Numbered from the stretch's first letter, positions 1 to 9,639 are shown. The stretch is 64,000 nt of DNA from Alphaproteobacteria bacterium (GCA_052143835.1 JBKQRV010000145.1:1960-65959), one strand, 5' to 3'. Program-made: numbers and translations. Notes: generated from the letters alone by a model not told the origin.

Positions 1-7
1 TGGCGCC

Positions 8-1075
8 TTGTGGACGGACTCCACCTTGCGCGGCCACGCCGCGCGCGGCACCGGGCTGCTCAACAACGAGCTCTACGTCGGCAAGCTCGTGTGGAACCGG
101 CTGCGCTACGTCAAGGACCCGGCGACCGGCAAGCGCGTCTCTCGCCTCAATCCGCGCGAGAAGTGGATCACGACCGAGGTTCCCGAGCTTCGCATCGTCG
201 ATGAGGCACTATGGCAGGCTGCGAAGGCCCGCCAGGGCGAGCTTGCGATCAAATACGCCAACGTCATCACCGCCACCCGCGCCGCAAGCGCCAACCGCTT
301 GAGCGGCACGCATCGGCCGCGCTCGCTTCTCTCCGGCTTGCTGGTCTGCGGCTGCTGCGGCGGCCCCTACGCCTTGCGCGGCCAGGGCCGCTACGCCTGC
401 TCCAACCACGTCATGAACGGAAGCTGCGCCAACAGCCGCAGTATCACCCGTGAGGCGCTGGAGGCCCGCATGCTGGACGGACTCCGCGAGCGGCTCATGG
501 CGCCGGAGATCGCGGCCGAGGCCATGCGCGCCTATGCGGAAGAAACGAACCGCCTCAATCGCGAGCGGCGCTCGTCCGGCGATGCCGACCGCCGCGAGTT
601 GGACAAGGTCGGACGATCCATCAAGGAGATCGTTACCCTCATCGAGGACGGCCGCGGCGCCCGCGCCCTGGTTGAGCGCCTCCCCGAGCTCGAAGCGCGA
701 GAGGATGAACTGAACGCCCGTCTCTCCCACGCGCCAGTGGACATTCCGGATATTCACCCGAACGTCGCCGGCATCTACAGGCGCAAGGTGGAACGCCTCG
801 CGGAAGCGCTACGGCGCCCGCAGGAGTGCGATGAAGCGGCCGAAGCCATCCGTGCCCTCATCGAGCGCATCACGCTCACGCCCGGCCCCCGGCGCGGCGA
901 GATCGCCGCCACGCTGCACGGCGATCTCGGCACGATCCTCGAATGGACGGCCCAAAAAGCGAACACTCCCGGCACTGGCGCGCCGGGAGTGTCGGTCTCG
1001 GTGGTTGCGGGGGAGCGCAACCAGCGTTATTTGCATGCCTGGAAGCGCCGAATCCCACGCGCGCCGTCGGGTTAG
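8..1075 (+). CDS. Large serine recombinase, C-terminal part (recombinase + Zn-ribbon + coiled coil); starts before the window
   Basis: Motifs LLNNELYVGKLVWNR, VPELRIVDEALW and LLSGLLVCGCCGG...YACSNH...C, followed by a coiled coil. The catalytic resolvase domain is not in the window. Confidence 0.9.
   Translation: MWTDSTLRGHAARGTGLLNNELYVGKLVWNRLRYVKDPATGKRVSRLNPREKWITTEVPELRIVDEALWQAAKARQGELAIKYANVITATRAASANRLSGTHRPRSLLSGLLVCGCCGGPYALRGQGRYACSNHVMNGSCANSRSITREALEARMLDGLRERLMAPEIAAEAMRAYAEETNRLNRERRSSGDADRRELDKVGRSIKEIVTLIEDGRGARALVERLPELEAREDELNARLSHAPVDIPDIHPNVAGIYRRKVERLAEALRRPQECDEAAEAIRALIERITLTPGPRRGEIAATLHGDLGTILEWTAQKANTPGTGAPGVSVSVVAGERNQRYLHAWKRRIPRAPSG
1002..1023. other. Putative att site (tRNA-fMet 3'-end-like, palindromic)
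   Basis: TGGTTGCG-GGGGAG-CGCAACCA. TGGTTGCGGGGG is the reverse complement of CCCCCGCAACCA, a typical initiator tRNA 3' end. It lies inside the 3' end of the recombinase gene. Confidence 0.55.
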
Positions 1076-1168
1076 CCTCTCCCGCCACTACTCCAGTAGC
1101 GTATCCTTGCGGTCGAGCTGGCCTAAATCAAATCAGACTCGAAACACCTTCAGTATCATCGTGCCATC

Positions 1169-1705
1169 ATGGCCAACACCATCAAGATCAACCGGGCGCC
1201 GGTGCTAACTCTGTGGGCTGCCGTCGTGGCCGAGCGCCTCGGCTTCGATTGGGACGAAGCGCTTACCTTCGGCCGGGCGGTGGCCGGCCTCAACGCATAC
1301 TCTAAAGGCGTCCACCTCGGGCTGTTCACGCCGGCGCCTGAAAGCGTACGAGAAGAGAGACGCAAGGCCGCCGGCCGGCAGCTCCATGGCGATCTCCTGG
1401 GTCGCTCGGTCCCCGCGGTGAATACGGCGGAGGGCCTGCGCGCCCTCAGCAAGGACCGCTCGATCACGCCGGTGAGCGTGCAACGGTACCTCGACAGCAA
1501 GTTCGGGCCGGGGCTTTCGGTTGCGACCGCGGCCATGCGTCAATTGGCGAGGTCGCGGACGGCGGCGAGACTGGCCAAGGAGGGCTTTCACCTCTACGAG
1601 CAGTTCCGTCCGCACGTGCCGGCCGGCGTCACGGGCTGGGGCGCCGCAGGCGAGCTCCATCTCGATGTGATCCGCGACCTCGCCAAGCGCTTCAAGGAAA
1701 CCTGA
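1169..1705 (+). CDS. Hypothetical protein
   Basis: 178-aa ORF with ATG start and gene-like codon usage; no motif recognised. Confidence 0.75.
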   Translation: MANTIKINRAPVLTLWAAVVAERLGFDWDEALTFGRAVAGLNAYSKGVHLGLFTPAPESVREERRKAAGRQLHGDLLGRSVPAVNTAEGLRALSKDRSITPVSVQRYLDSKFGPGLSVATAAMRQLARSRTAARLAKEGFHLYEQFRPHVPAGVTGWGAAGELHLDVIRDLAKRFKET

Positions 1706-1714
1706 TGCGGTCAA

Positions 1715-1729
1715 GAACAAAAAAAGAAC
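1715..1729. promoter_or_regulatory. Alphaproteobacterial LexA (SOS) box
   Basis: GAAC-AAAAAAA-GAAC is an exact GAAC-N7-GAAC, 37 bp upstream of the helicase ATG. Confidence 0.75.
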
Positions 1730-1766
1730 TTCCGTTTTGAGCGGAAGGCCCGGTATCCTGGGTGCC

Positions 1767-3833
1767 ATGGATACGCCTGGCTATCTGGACGGTATAAATC
1801 CGGCTCAGCGGCGAGCCGTCATGCATGGCGTTGGGGCGACGGCGGCTCGGCCATTGCTCATCATCGCCGGCGCCGGTACCGGCAAGACCAACACCTTGGC
1901 GCATCGGGTTGCGCATCTCATCGTCTCCGGCGCTGATCCCGGGCGGATCTTGCTGCTCACCTTCACGCGCCGCGCCGCCGCGGAAATGACGACACGGGTA
2001 GAGCGCATCTGCAGCAAGGCTGTTCGCGATGCCGGCTTCCGTGGCGCCGTCCGAGTATCATGGGCCGGGACATTCCATGCGATCGCCATCCGGATCCTGC
2101 GTCAGCATGCCTGGAGCATTGGTCTCGATCCAGCGTTCACCGTAGTCGATCGCGAGGATGCGGCGGACCTCATGGACTTTGTCCGGCATGAGCTCGGTTT
2201 CTCCGGTCAGCGGAGCCGCTTTCCCCGCAAAGCCACCTGCTTGGCAATTTACTCTTTCGCTGTCAATGCACAGGCGCCGCTCGGCGAGGTCCTGGCAAAG
2301 GCCTTCCCATGGTGCGACGCTTGGGAGGCAGAGCTCAAGCAGCTGTTCGGCGCCTACGTCGAAACCAAGCAGCGCCAGAGCGTGCTCGACTACGACGACC
2401 TGCTGCTTTACTGGTCCCAGATGATGCAGGTGCCGGAGCTGGCCGCTCTCGTGGCGGAGCAGTTCGACAATGTGCTCGTCGACGAATACCAGGACACCAA
2501 CGCGCTCCAGGCAACCATACTGCTCGGCCTTAAGCCGGATGGCCGTGGATTGACCGTGGTCGGTGACGACGCCCAGGCCATCTTCAGCTTCCGCGCGGCG
2601 ACGAACCGCAACATCCTCGCCTTCCCCCGGCTGTTCGACCCGCCCTCGGCAATCATTGCCCTCGAACAAAACTATCGCTCGACCCAACCGATCCTCTTTG
2701 CGAGCAACGCGGTGATTGCGCAGGCGAGCGAGCGCTTTACGAAGGACCTGTTCTCGGAGCGCCGGTCGCAGCAAAAGCCGGTTCTCGTGACCGTGCGCGA
2801 CGAGCGCGATCAGGTCGAATACGTGGTCGAGCAAATCCTCACTGCCCGCGAGGCCGGCATCGCCCTCAAGGACCAGGCGGTGCTGTTCCGCACTTCCCAC
2901 CACAGCGGCGCTCTCGAAGTGGAGCTTGCCCGCAGGAACATCCCATTCGTGAAGTTCGGTGGGCTCAAGTTTGTCGAGGCCGCCCACGTTAAGGACTTCC
3001 TCGCGGTCCTGCGCTGGGCGGAGAACCCGCGCGACCGCGTGGCCGGGTTTCGGATCCTGCAGATGCTGTCGGGCATCGGGCCGGGTACGGCGCGAAAGGC
3101 GCTCGACCTCATCGAGAGCACCGGCTACGCCCTTGGCGCCCTCGAGACGTTCCGGCCTCCCGCGGCGGCAGCCGAGGACTGGCCTGCCTTGTGTCGGCTG
3201 CTGAGGCTGCTTCAGGGCGACTCGGCGGCATGGGCCGGGCAGCCAGAGCTGGTGCGCCATTGGTATAAGCCGCATCTTGAGCGCCTCTACGAGGCCGGAC
3301 CGGCGCGGGCAGCCGACTTGGAGCAGCTCGAACGGATCGCGGCGACCTATCCAACACGCCAGGCCTTCCTCGAGGACCTGACGCTCGACCCGCCGAATGC
3401 GACGAGCGACGAGGCCGGGGCACCGCTGCTGGACGAGGACTATCTGATCCTCTCCACCATCCACAGCGCCAAAGGGCAGGAGTGGAAGTCGGTCTACATC
3501 CTGAATGTGGTGGACGGTTGCATCCCATCCGACATGGCGGCGGGCAGCACCGCCGAGCTCGAGGAGGAGCGGCGCTTGCTGTATGTCGCCATGACCAGGG
3601 CGAAGGACGAGTTGCACCTGCTCGTGCCGCAGCGCTTTTACGCGCATGGGCAGGAACGCAACGGGGATTGCCACGTCTATGCGTCACGAAGTCGATTCAT
3701 CGCGACCCCGATGCTCGATCGCTTCCAGCGCATTGCATGGTCGCGAGGCGCACCGCTAAGACAAGTGCGACCGACGGCTGGGAAACTGCCGCGGATTGAC
3801 GTGACGCATCGGCTCCGTGAGATGTGGAGATGA
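1767..3833 (+). CDS. ATP-dependent DNA helicase, UvrD/Rep family
   Basis: Motifs AGAGTGKT (Walker A), LTFTRRAA, VDEYQDTN, VGDDAQAIF, LEQNYRS, STIHSAKGQEW and EERRLLYVAMTRAK. Start placed at ATG 1767. Confidence 0.95.
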   Translation: MDTPGYLDGINPAQRRAVMHGVGATAARPLLIIAGAGTGKTNTLAHRVAHLIVSGADPGRILLLTFTRRAAAEMTTRVERICSKAVRDAGFRGAVRVSWAGTFHAIAIRILRQHAWSIGLDPAFTVVDREDAADLMDFVRHELGFSGQRSRFPRKATCLAIYSFAVNAQAPLGEVLAKAFPWCDAWEAELKQLFGAYVETKQRQSVLDYDDLLLYWSQMMQVPELAALVAEQFDNVLVDEYQDTNALQATILLGLKPDGRGLTVVGDDAQAIFSFRAATNRNILAFPRLFDPPSAIIALEQNYRSTQPILFASNAVIAQASERFTKDLFSERRSQQKPVLVTVRDERDQVEYVVEQILTAREAGIALKDQAVLFRTSHHSGALEVELARRNIPFVKFGGLKFVEAAHVKDFLAVLRWAENPRDRVAGFRILQMLSGIGPGTARKALDLIESTGYALGALETFRPPAAAAEDWPALCRLLRLLQGDSAAWAGQPELVRHWYKPHLERLYEAGPARAADLEQLERIAATYPTRQAFLEDLTLDPPNATSDEAGAPLLDEDYLILSTIHSAKGQEWKSVYILNVVDGCIPSDMAAGSTAELEEERRLLYVAMTRAKDELHLLVPQRFYAHGQERNGDCHVYASRSRFIATPMLDRFQRIAWSRGAPLRQVRPTAGKLPRIDVTHRLREMWR

Positions 3834-3837
3834 GACA

Positions 3838-4734
3838 ATGAAGCTCGGCATTACGCTGCCACTCATCGATATCCAAGGCGACCCGGGCGCGGTACGAGAG
3901 TTTGCGCAAGCTGCGGAGGCGACCGGTTACCACCATCTCGGCGCGCCTGATCATGTGCTCGGCGTCAATGTCGCCAGCCGTCCGGACTGGGGGACGCGCA
4001 ATACCTCGAAGGATTTCTTCCACGATCCCTTTGTCATGTTCGGCTTTCTCAGCGCGTGCACCCAAAAGATCGAGTTCTCGACCCAAGTCTTGATCCTGCC
4101 GCAGCGGCAGACAGTGCTGGTCGCAAAGCAGGCGGCATCGCTCGACGTGCTGTCTGGCGGACGGCTCCGCCTCGGCATCGGCGTAGGCTGGAATTCCGTC
4201 GAATATGTCGGATTGAATGAGAACTTCCGCAACCGCGGTAAACGCTCAGAGGAACAGGCACGGGTCATGAAGGCGCTGTGGGCGGAACCGCACGTCAATT
4301 TCAAGGGCGAGTGGCATACAATTGATGACGCCGGCATCAATCCCTTGCCGACCCGGCGAACGGTCCCTCTATGGTTCGGCGGACACGAGGACGTGACCTT
4401 GCGTCGTATCGCTGAACTGGGCGACGGTTGGATCATGCTGAGGCATCCGATGGGCGACTTGGCCAAGGCCGAGTTCGCCAAGCTGCGTCGCTATGTCAAG
4501 GAAGCCGGCCGTGAGCCGTCCACGGTCGGCCTGGAAGTCTGGGTATCTACCGCCGAAGGCGATCCGGAGGACTGGCGCAAGGTATTGCAATATTGGAAGG
4601 CCGCCGGCGTCACCCACATCACCCTCAACAGCGCCTACGGCCAGCCGCCGCATCGACGCATCGCCGGCACGACGATGGCCGATCACTTGGCGGCGATGAA
4701 GCAGTATCACTCCGCTGTCGCAGATCTACTCTGA
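3838..4734 (+). CDS. LLM-class (luciferase-like, probably F420-dependent) oxidoreductase
   Basis: Motifs AQAAEATGY...DHV, AKQAASLDVLSGGRLRLGIGVGW and PLWFGG...RIAELGDGW. Confidence 0.88.
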   Translation: MKLGITLPLIDIQGDPGAVREFAQAAEATGYHHLGAPDHVLGVNVASRPDWGTRNTSKDFFHDPFVMFGFLSACTQKIEFSTQVLILPQRQTVLVAKQAASLDVLSGGRLRLGIGVGWNSVEYVGLNENFRNRGKRSEEQARVMKALWAEPHVNFKGEWHTIDDAGINPLPTRRTVPLWFGGHEDVTLRRIAELGDGWIMLRHPMGDLAKAEFAKLRRYVKEAGREPSTVGLEVWVSTAEGDPEDWRKVLQYWKAAGVTHITLNSAYGQPPHRRIAGTTMADHLAAMKQYHSAVADLL

Positions 4735-4811
4735 ACCGAGATGCGTCGGCGGCGGCTTCATACAGGTAACGGCCCGCCGGATCGCTCGACCAGGCAAATA
4801 CCCATCACGAA

Positions 4812-4847
4812 CGACTCAGTATGAAACAGGGCTTTCGCACTGAGTTG
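4812..4847. repeat. 36-bp inverted-repeat site, copy 1 (15-6-15)
   Basis: CGACTCAGTATGAAA-CAGGGC-TTTCGCACTGAGTTG; related copies at 22084, 41716 and 44284. Confidence 0.8.
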
Positions 4848-4973
4848 GCCTTTTTCGCCGGTCATCGAGCTGGAAACTCACCCGCAAGCCGTAACGACAA
4901 TGCCGCTGCGCTAGCGCCGACGTGCAATTGACACAGTCATCCAATAGCGCGCGAGATTGAGTTTCCCTGTCTC

Positions 4974-5774
4974 CTAAACTTCCGCGAGGAAGGCCAATAC
5001 TGTGTTTGCCACACGCTCGGGGTTCTCAAGGTGCGGAAAGTGACCGAGTCCCGGCAACCTCTCTAACTTTACAACGCCGGCATTCGTCAGTCGTGCGCAA
5101 GTAGCTTCGACCATCTCTTGAGAAACCACCCAATCCTCCGTCCCACGCATGAGCATGACCGGACATCGCACCTTAGGCATGAGGTCGCGAATATCACAGC
5201 GCGTATAGGCACGAAGATCGCCCTGCTGTGCCAACGGAATGAGCGAAAGCACGCCCCACTCCGAGAACAAACGCCCTGCCTCCGAGGATTGCGTCCCCAC
5301 CAGACTCATTGAAAAGTCCATATTGTAGTGCATGAGGCTGATTTGGGGATGCGTCATAAGATCGAGCGCGGCTTCCGGAAATGTGGGCGTGTGGTCCGCA
5401 CCTTGGAGAGCGATCGAGGCAGAGACATTCTCAAAAAGGGCGGCCATGAGAAGCGAAAGGTTACCGCCCAGTGAACAGCCCATAACCGCGAACTTCCCGT
5501 GCGTGAACGCGCTCACGAAACGGTGTAGCCAGCGCGCGATCTCATGGGCGTCTTGCAGGCACGTGTTGTTCGCAAGCGGCCAGCTCTTTCCGTGGCCCGG
5601 CAAATCGGGTGCGAGCAGTTTATGCTTGGACGACAAATGCTCAATCACCCCGTGCCATTGACGGCTATCACGGCCTGCGGTGTGAATGAGCAGAACCGGC
5701 GCTCCAGAACCACATGTCTCGTAATAGGTCTTTACTCCATCAAGCGTGATATAGCGCCCTTCGATCTCAGCCAT
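4974..5774 (-). CDS. Alpha/beta fold hydrolase
   Basis: Motifs LIHTAG, DLPGHGKS, nucleophile elbow GCSLGG and GHFPHLE. AGGAGG RBS before ATG 5774. Confidence 0.9.
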   Translation of the reverse strand: MAEIEGRYITLDGVKTYYETCGSGAPVLLIHTAGRDSRQWHGVIEHLSSKHKLLAPDLPGHGKSWPLANNTCLQDAHEIARWLHRFVSAFTHGKFAVMGCSLGGNLSLLMAALFENVSASIALQGADHTPTFPEAALDLMTHPQISLMHYNMDFSMSLVGTQSSEAGRLFSEWGVLSLIPLAQQGDLRAYTRCDIRDLMPKVRCPVMLMRGTEDWVVSQEMVEATCARLTNAGVVKLERLPGLGHFPHLENPERVANTVLAFLAEV

Positions 5775-5775
5775 G

Positions 5776-6156
5776 TCAAGCATCCTCCTTATAAATGCGG
5801 GTGGCCACGCGAAATAGCTCCCATAGGGCGGGCGTGGCCCAGGCCGCTTCGATGATGTCACCCTGAAGACGCAGACGTCCATGAACGACGTTGACCGCGT
5901 GCGCATAGGGAATCTCGCCACTCACAAGTCGCTGCCATTCCTCAGCTGGGCCTGTGATGCGGACAGTGACACCTCTCAGGGGCGGCGCAGGTAGCAGCGC
6001 CGCTCGGCCGCGATGAAGCTCGACCACACGTCTGCTCTCGCCGATCTCAAGGGAGACTGTTAGAGCCAGAAGATGCTGCGTTTTGGCCGAAAGCGCCGCA
6101 CTGGCGTTTCCTGCTTCAACGACCGCCGTCCAAAACGTCTCACTCGCGATGTTCAT
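5776..6156 (-). CDS. SCP2 sterol-carrier-like small protein
   Basis: ITGPAEEWQRLVSGE...GRLRLQGD pattern typical of SCP2-like folds; directly upstream of the hydrolase. Confidence 0.6.
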   Translation of the reverse strand: MNIASETFWTAVVEAGNASAALSAKTQHLLALTVSLEIGESRRVVELHRGRAALLPAPPLRGVTVRITGPAEEWQRLVSGEIPYAHAVNVVHGRLRLQGDIIEAAWATPALWELFRVATRIYKEDA

Positions 6157-6267
6157 CACAGTTCCTCTCGAAGCCCTTTCAGTGCAAATCAATGACGATG
6201 CGTCAGCTAGATTCTCGAACGATAGACACGTGATATCCGCTTAAAAAAGAAAACGTTCCTGTAGCCG

Positions 6268-7017
6268 TCAGCGCGTGCCATCGCTCGCTATCCCTTGATT
6301 GGCCGACACAGTAGCAATACTCCCAAGATAGGCATCAATCACCTCCTTCTGCGTAAGGAGGTTGGCAGAGCGCCCTTGAAGGACGATCGCGCCCACGCTG
6401 AGCACGATCGTCCGCTCTGCGAAGGTCATTGCAAGATGCGCGTTCTGCTCAACGAGCAGAATGGTTTGACCGGCCCGTTTGAGCCGGGTGAGCACCTCGA
6501 AAATCAGATCGACCATTTGGGGGGCCAAACCCATGGACGGTTCGTCGAGCATCAGTATCTTGGGCTCACCGATGAGCGCGCGGCCGATCACCAGCATCTG
6601 CTGCTCGCCCCCCGAGAGGCTGCCAGCCTTCTGGCGTCGACGCTCTCCAAGCCGCGGCAGCATTTCGTAGACCATGTCGAGACCGGCGGTGACGTTCAAT
6701 GTACCAAGCCGCTGGCGTCCAAGCAGCAAGTTCTCCTCGACGGTGAGCGGTCCGAAAAGATGCCTTCCCTCCGGTACCAGCACTACGCCGAGCCGGGCGA
6801 TCTGATAAGGCTCGAGCTTGGTGAGCTCAACATCGCCAAATGTCACCGATCCGTGGGCGGGCGCAATAAGGCCGGAGACCGCGCGGAGCGTGGACGTTTT
6901 GCCGGCGCCATTGGGCCCAATCAGCGACAGGCTCTCACCGTCGTTTACCTCGAATGAGATGCCGTCCACGGCGATGATGCCGCTGTAGCGCACCGTGAGA
7001 CTCTTAACCCTCAGCAT
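6268..7017 (-). CDS. livF: Branched-chain-type ABC transporter ATP-binding protein (LivF-like)
   Basis: Motifs GPNGAGKT, VPEGRHLF, LSGGEQQML, LDEPSMGLAP and LVEQN. Confidence 0.92.
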   Translation of the reverse strand: MLRVKSLTVRYSGIIAVDGISFEVNDGESLSLIGPNGAGKTSTLRAVSGLIAPAHGSVTFGDVELTKLEPYQIARLGVVLVPEGRHLFGPLTVEENLLLGRQRLGTLNVTAGLDMVYEMLPRLGERRRQKAGSLSGGEQQMLVIGRALIGEPKILMLDEPSMGLAPQMVDLIFEVLTRLKRAGQTILLVEQNAHLAMTFAERTIVLSVGAIVLQGRSANLLTQKEVIDAYLGSIATVSANQGIASDGTR

Positions 7018-7794
7018 TTAGGCGCGTTGCCTCCCAAGATACGCCTCCACGACCATCGGATCAGCGCGCACCGCCTCGGGGGTCCCGATACTGAGAAGCT
7101 CGCCGTTGTGGAGGACCGCGACTAGGTCAGCGAGATCCATGACGAACTGGACGTTGTGCTCGATGAGCAAGACGGTGATACCGCGCTGCTGCATCTCTCG
7201 AATAAGGACCGCGAGCTCCTTGGCTTCTTCGGAATTCAAGCCGGACGCAGGTTCATCAAGAAGCATCATCCGGGGCGCCACCATTAGGGCGCGCGCGATC
7301 TCCAGAAGCCGGACCTTGCCGAGGGGGAGCGCCGAGGCCAAGCGCTCACGAAGCGCCCAGAGATTGGTCCGCTCAAGCTCCTCTCGCGCAGTGGCGCGTA
7401 TTGTTCGCTCGCTCGCCATCGTGCGAGGCAAGGCCAACAGCTGCGCTGCGAGTCCGCCCCTAATGTGACGATGTGCACCTACCAGGGCGTTGTCGAAGAC
7501 ACTCATATCCCGACAGACTTCCGGGGTCTGGAACGTCCGTGCGATACCCCAACGCGCGCCTTCCTCGGGCGCGCGGCCTGAGATATCGCGCCCCTCAAGC
7601 CGGACCATGCCTTCGGTCGGTGCGATGAATCCGCTGATTACGTTGAAAAGCGTCGTCTTCCCGGCGCCGTTGGGGCCGATTACCGCCATGATGATCCCTT
7701 CCTCAATGGCGAAGCAAACGTCCTTGACGGCCCATAGGCCGTCGAAGCGCACGCTTACGCCATCGATTTCAAGGAACATGCTAGCGGCCTCCAA
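7018..7794 (-). CDS. livG: Branched-chain-type ABC transporter ATP-binding protein (LivG-like)
   Basis: Motifs GPNGAGKTTLFN, GIARTFQ, LLDEPASGL and V.EAYLG. Confidence 0.92.
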   Translation of the reverse strand: MEAASMFLEIDGVSVRFDGLWAVKDVCFAIEEGIIMAVIGPNGAGKTTLFNVISGFIAPTEGMVRLEGRDISGRAPEEGARWGIARTFQTPEVCRDMSVFDNALVGAHRHIRGGLAAQLLALPRTMASERTIRATAREELERTNLWALRERLASALPLGKVRLLEIARALMVAPRMMLLDEPASGLNSEEAKELAVLIREMQQRGITVLLIEHNVQFVMDLADLVAVLHNGELLSIGTPEAVRADPMVVEAYLGRQRA

Positions 7795-8743
7795 CCGCGC
7801 GGGGCACGGTGCTCGGCGCGAAGCGGCGGCGGGCTGTGCCGAGGAGCGCCATCACCCCGCCTGGTTCGATAGTCAGCAGCACGATGACTAACGCGCCGAA
7901 GACGATGCCATAGCCGCTCTTGAGTGCGTGGAGCCATTCCGGCAGGAAGGTAAGGAGCACGGCACCGATCGCTGCTCCCCAGAGCGAGCCCACACCGCCA
8001 ATAACGAGTGCAATGAGCAAATTTATTGAGGCGTCAATGGTGAAGCTATCGGGACTGATATAGCCCACGTAATGAGCATATAGACCGCCCGCGAGGCCCG
8101 AGAGTGCTGCGGCAATGGCGAAGACTTCCGATTTGAGCTTTGGGATGTCAATCCCGACGGACCGCGCAGCAGATTCCGATTCCCGCATCGTCCTCATGGC
8201 CCGCCCGTAACCAGTGTGTACCGTTCGGAATGCCATGACGAACACTAGAATGGCGAGCCCGCCAGCAAGATAGAACATGCGTCTCGGCGAATCGATCGCG
8301 ATGATGCCGAAGTCGATAGCCGGAATGCCGGGGAGTCCCGAAAAGCCGCCTGTTACGGATTCCCATTGACTGACCACGGTATGCACGATTAGGCCGAAGG
8401 CCGCAGTGACCATTGCAAGATAATAGCCACGCAGACGCAGGACGGGTCGACCGATTGCATAACCGAGGAGGCCGGCGACAGCCGTGCCGATGGCCGTCCC
8501 GATCAGCGGTGGCAGGCTTGCGTGAAGCGCAAGATAGGCAGCTACGTAGGCGCCGATCGCATAGAAGCCGGCCTGTCCGAGCGAAATCTGGCCCGCATAA
8601 CCGAAGAGAAGCGAGAGTCCAACCGCCTGTATGAGATTGATGGCGGCGAAGACCAAGAGATCCAATGTCGATGAGCGTGTAATGACGAGTGGCAGGAGTA
8701 GCCAAACGAGGATCGCAGAAGCAATGGGCGCGTATCGCGTCAT
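7781..8743 (-). CDS. livM: Branched-chain-type ABC permease (LivM-like)
   Basis: Motifs GYAGQISLGQAGFYAIGAY and LRLRGYYLAMVT; hydrophobic. Confidence 0.9.
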   Translation of the reverse strand: MTRYAPIASAILVWLLLPLVITRSSTLDLLVFAAINLIQAVGLSLLFGYAGQISLGQAGFYAIGAYVAAYLALHASLPPLIGTAIGTAVAGLLGYAIGRPVLRLRGYYLAMVTAAFGLIVHTVVSQWESVTGGFSGLPGIPAIDFGIIAIDSPRRMFYLAGGLAILVFVMAFRTVHTGYGRAMRTMRESESAARSVGIDIPKLKSEVFAIAAALSGLAGGLYAHYVGYISPDSFTIDASINLLIALVIGGVGSLWGAAIGAVLLTFLPEWLHALKSGYGIVFGALVIVLLTIEPGGVMALLGTARRRFAPSTVPRAVGGR

Positions 8744-9639
8744 CGCCCGAGGGTCTCGGTGTGCCGACGTTCTTGGCGGCCGCCGAAGAGGCCAGAAGGT
8801 CTTACCATCAGCACCAGAATGAGGACAATGAGGGCCACCGAATCCTTCCAGCCCGACGGCAGGAATGCGACCGAAAGAGATTCGATAAGCCCTAACATCA
8901 GCCCGCCGATGATGGCGCTGCTGCTCAAGCCAAAGCCGCCGATCGCCGAGGCAGCAAACCCCTTTAGAGCGAGCGTGAAGCCTTCGTCATAGGTCGCGTT
9001 GGCGAGCGGCGTTATGAGCGCGCCGGCGAGCGCACCTAGGAGCGCCGATAGGAAGAAGCTGATACGTACCATGAGCCGTACATTGATGCCCATGAGGTAC
9101 GCGCCCTCCCGGTCTATGGCGCAGGCGAGCATCTCACGTCCAAACGATGAACGCGTGTAAAGAAGTTGAAGCAGCGCCATGAAGGTGATGCCGATACCAA
9201 TCACCCAGAGTGCCTGGAGTTGGACAACGGCACCCAGGATTCGAAGTGGCGGTCCCTCGGTGAAGGGTGGGAAATAGAGCGGATTGGGACCTACCACGAG
9301 TAGCGTGCCGGTCTTGAGCAGCACGGAAACGCCGAGCGTGATCATAACCAGCGTCATCACGCTCGCCCGGCGCACGCGTGAGATGGTAAGAAAGTCGATG
9401 AGGGCGCCAAGCGCGCCGACCGCGAGCGCCACCAGGAGAACGGCTACCGGCGTCGGAACGCCCCATTGGCCGATCGCGAGTGCTGCCAATATCCCGCCCA
9501 GCATTACGAACTCGCCCTGGGCGAAGTTGATGATATCGGTAGCATTGAAGATCAGATTGAAGCCGAGGCCAACGAGGGCGTAGATACTTCCGACCGTGAT
9601 GCCACTCACGATGAACTGAACAATCATCGCCCCGGTCAT
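8740..9639 (-). CDS. livH: Branched-chain-type ABC permease (LivH-like)
   Basis: Motifs GSIYALVGLG, INFAQGEFVMLG and RPSGLFG. Confidence 0.9.
   Translation of the reverse strand: MTGAMIVQFIVSGITVGSIYALVGLGFNLIFNATDIINFAQGEFVMLGGILAALAIGQWGVPTPVAVLLVALAVGALGALIDFLTISRVRRASVMTLVMITLGVSVLLKTGTLLVVGPNPLYFPPFTEGPPLRILGAVVQLQALWVIGIGITFMALLQLLYTRSSFGREMLACAIDREGAYLMGINVRLMVRISFFLSALLGALAGALITPLANATYDEGFTLALKGFAASAIGGFGLSSSAIIGGLMLGLIESLSVAFLPSGWKDSVALIVLILVLMVRPSGLFGGRQERRHTETLGR

Noticed and set aside
1002-1023. tRNA-Met gene on the minus strand
   Set aside because: Only 12 nt match the acceptor end; there is no T-arm (GGTTCAAATCC) or cloverleaf.
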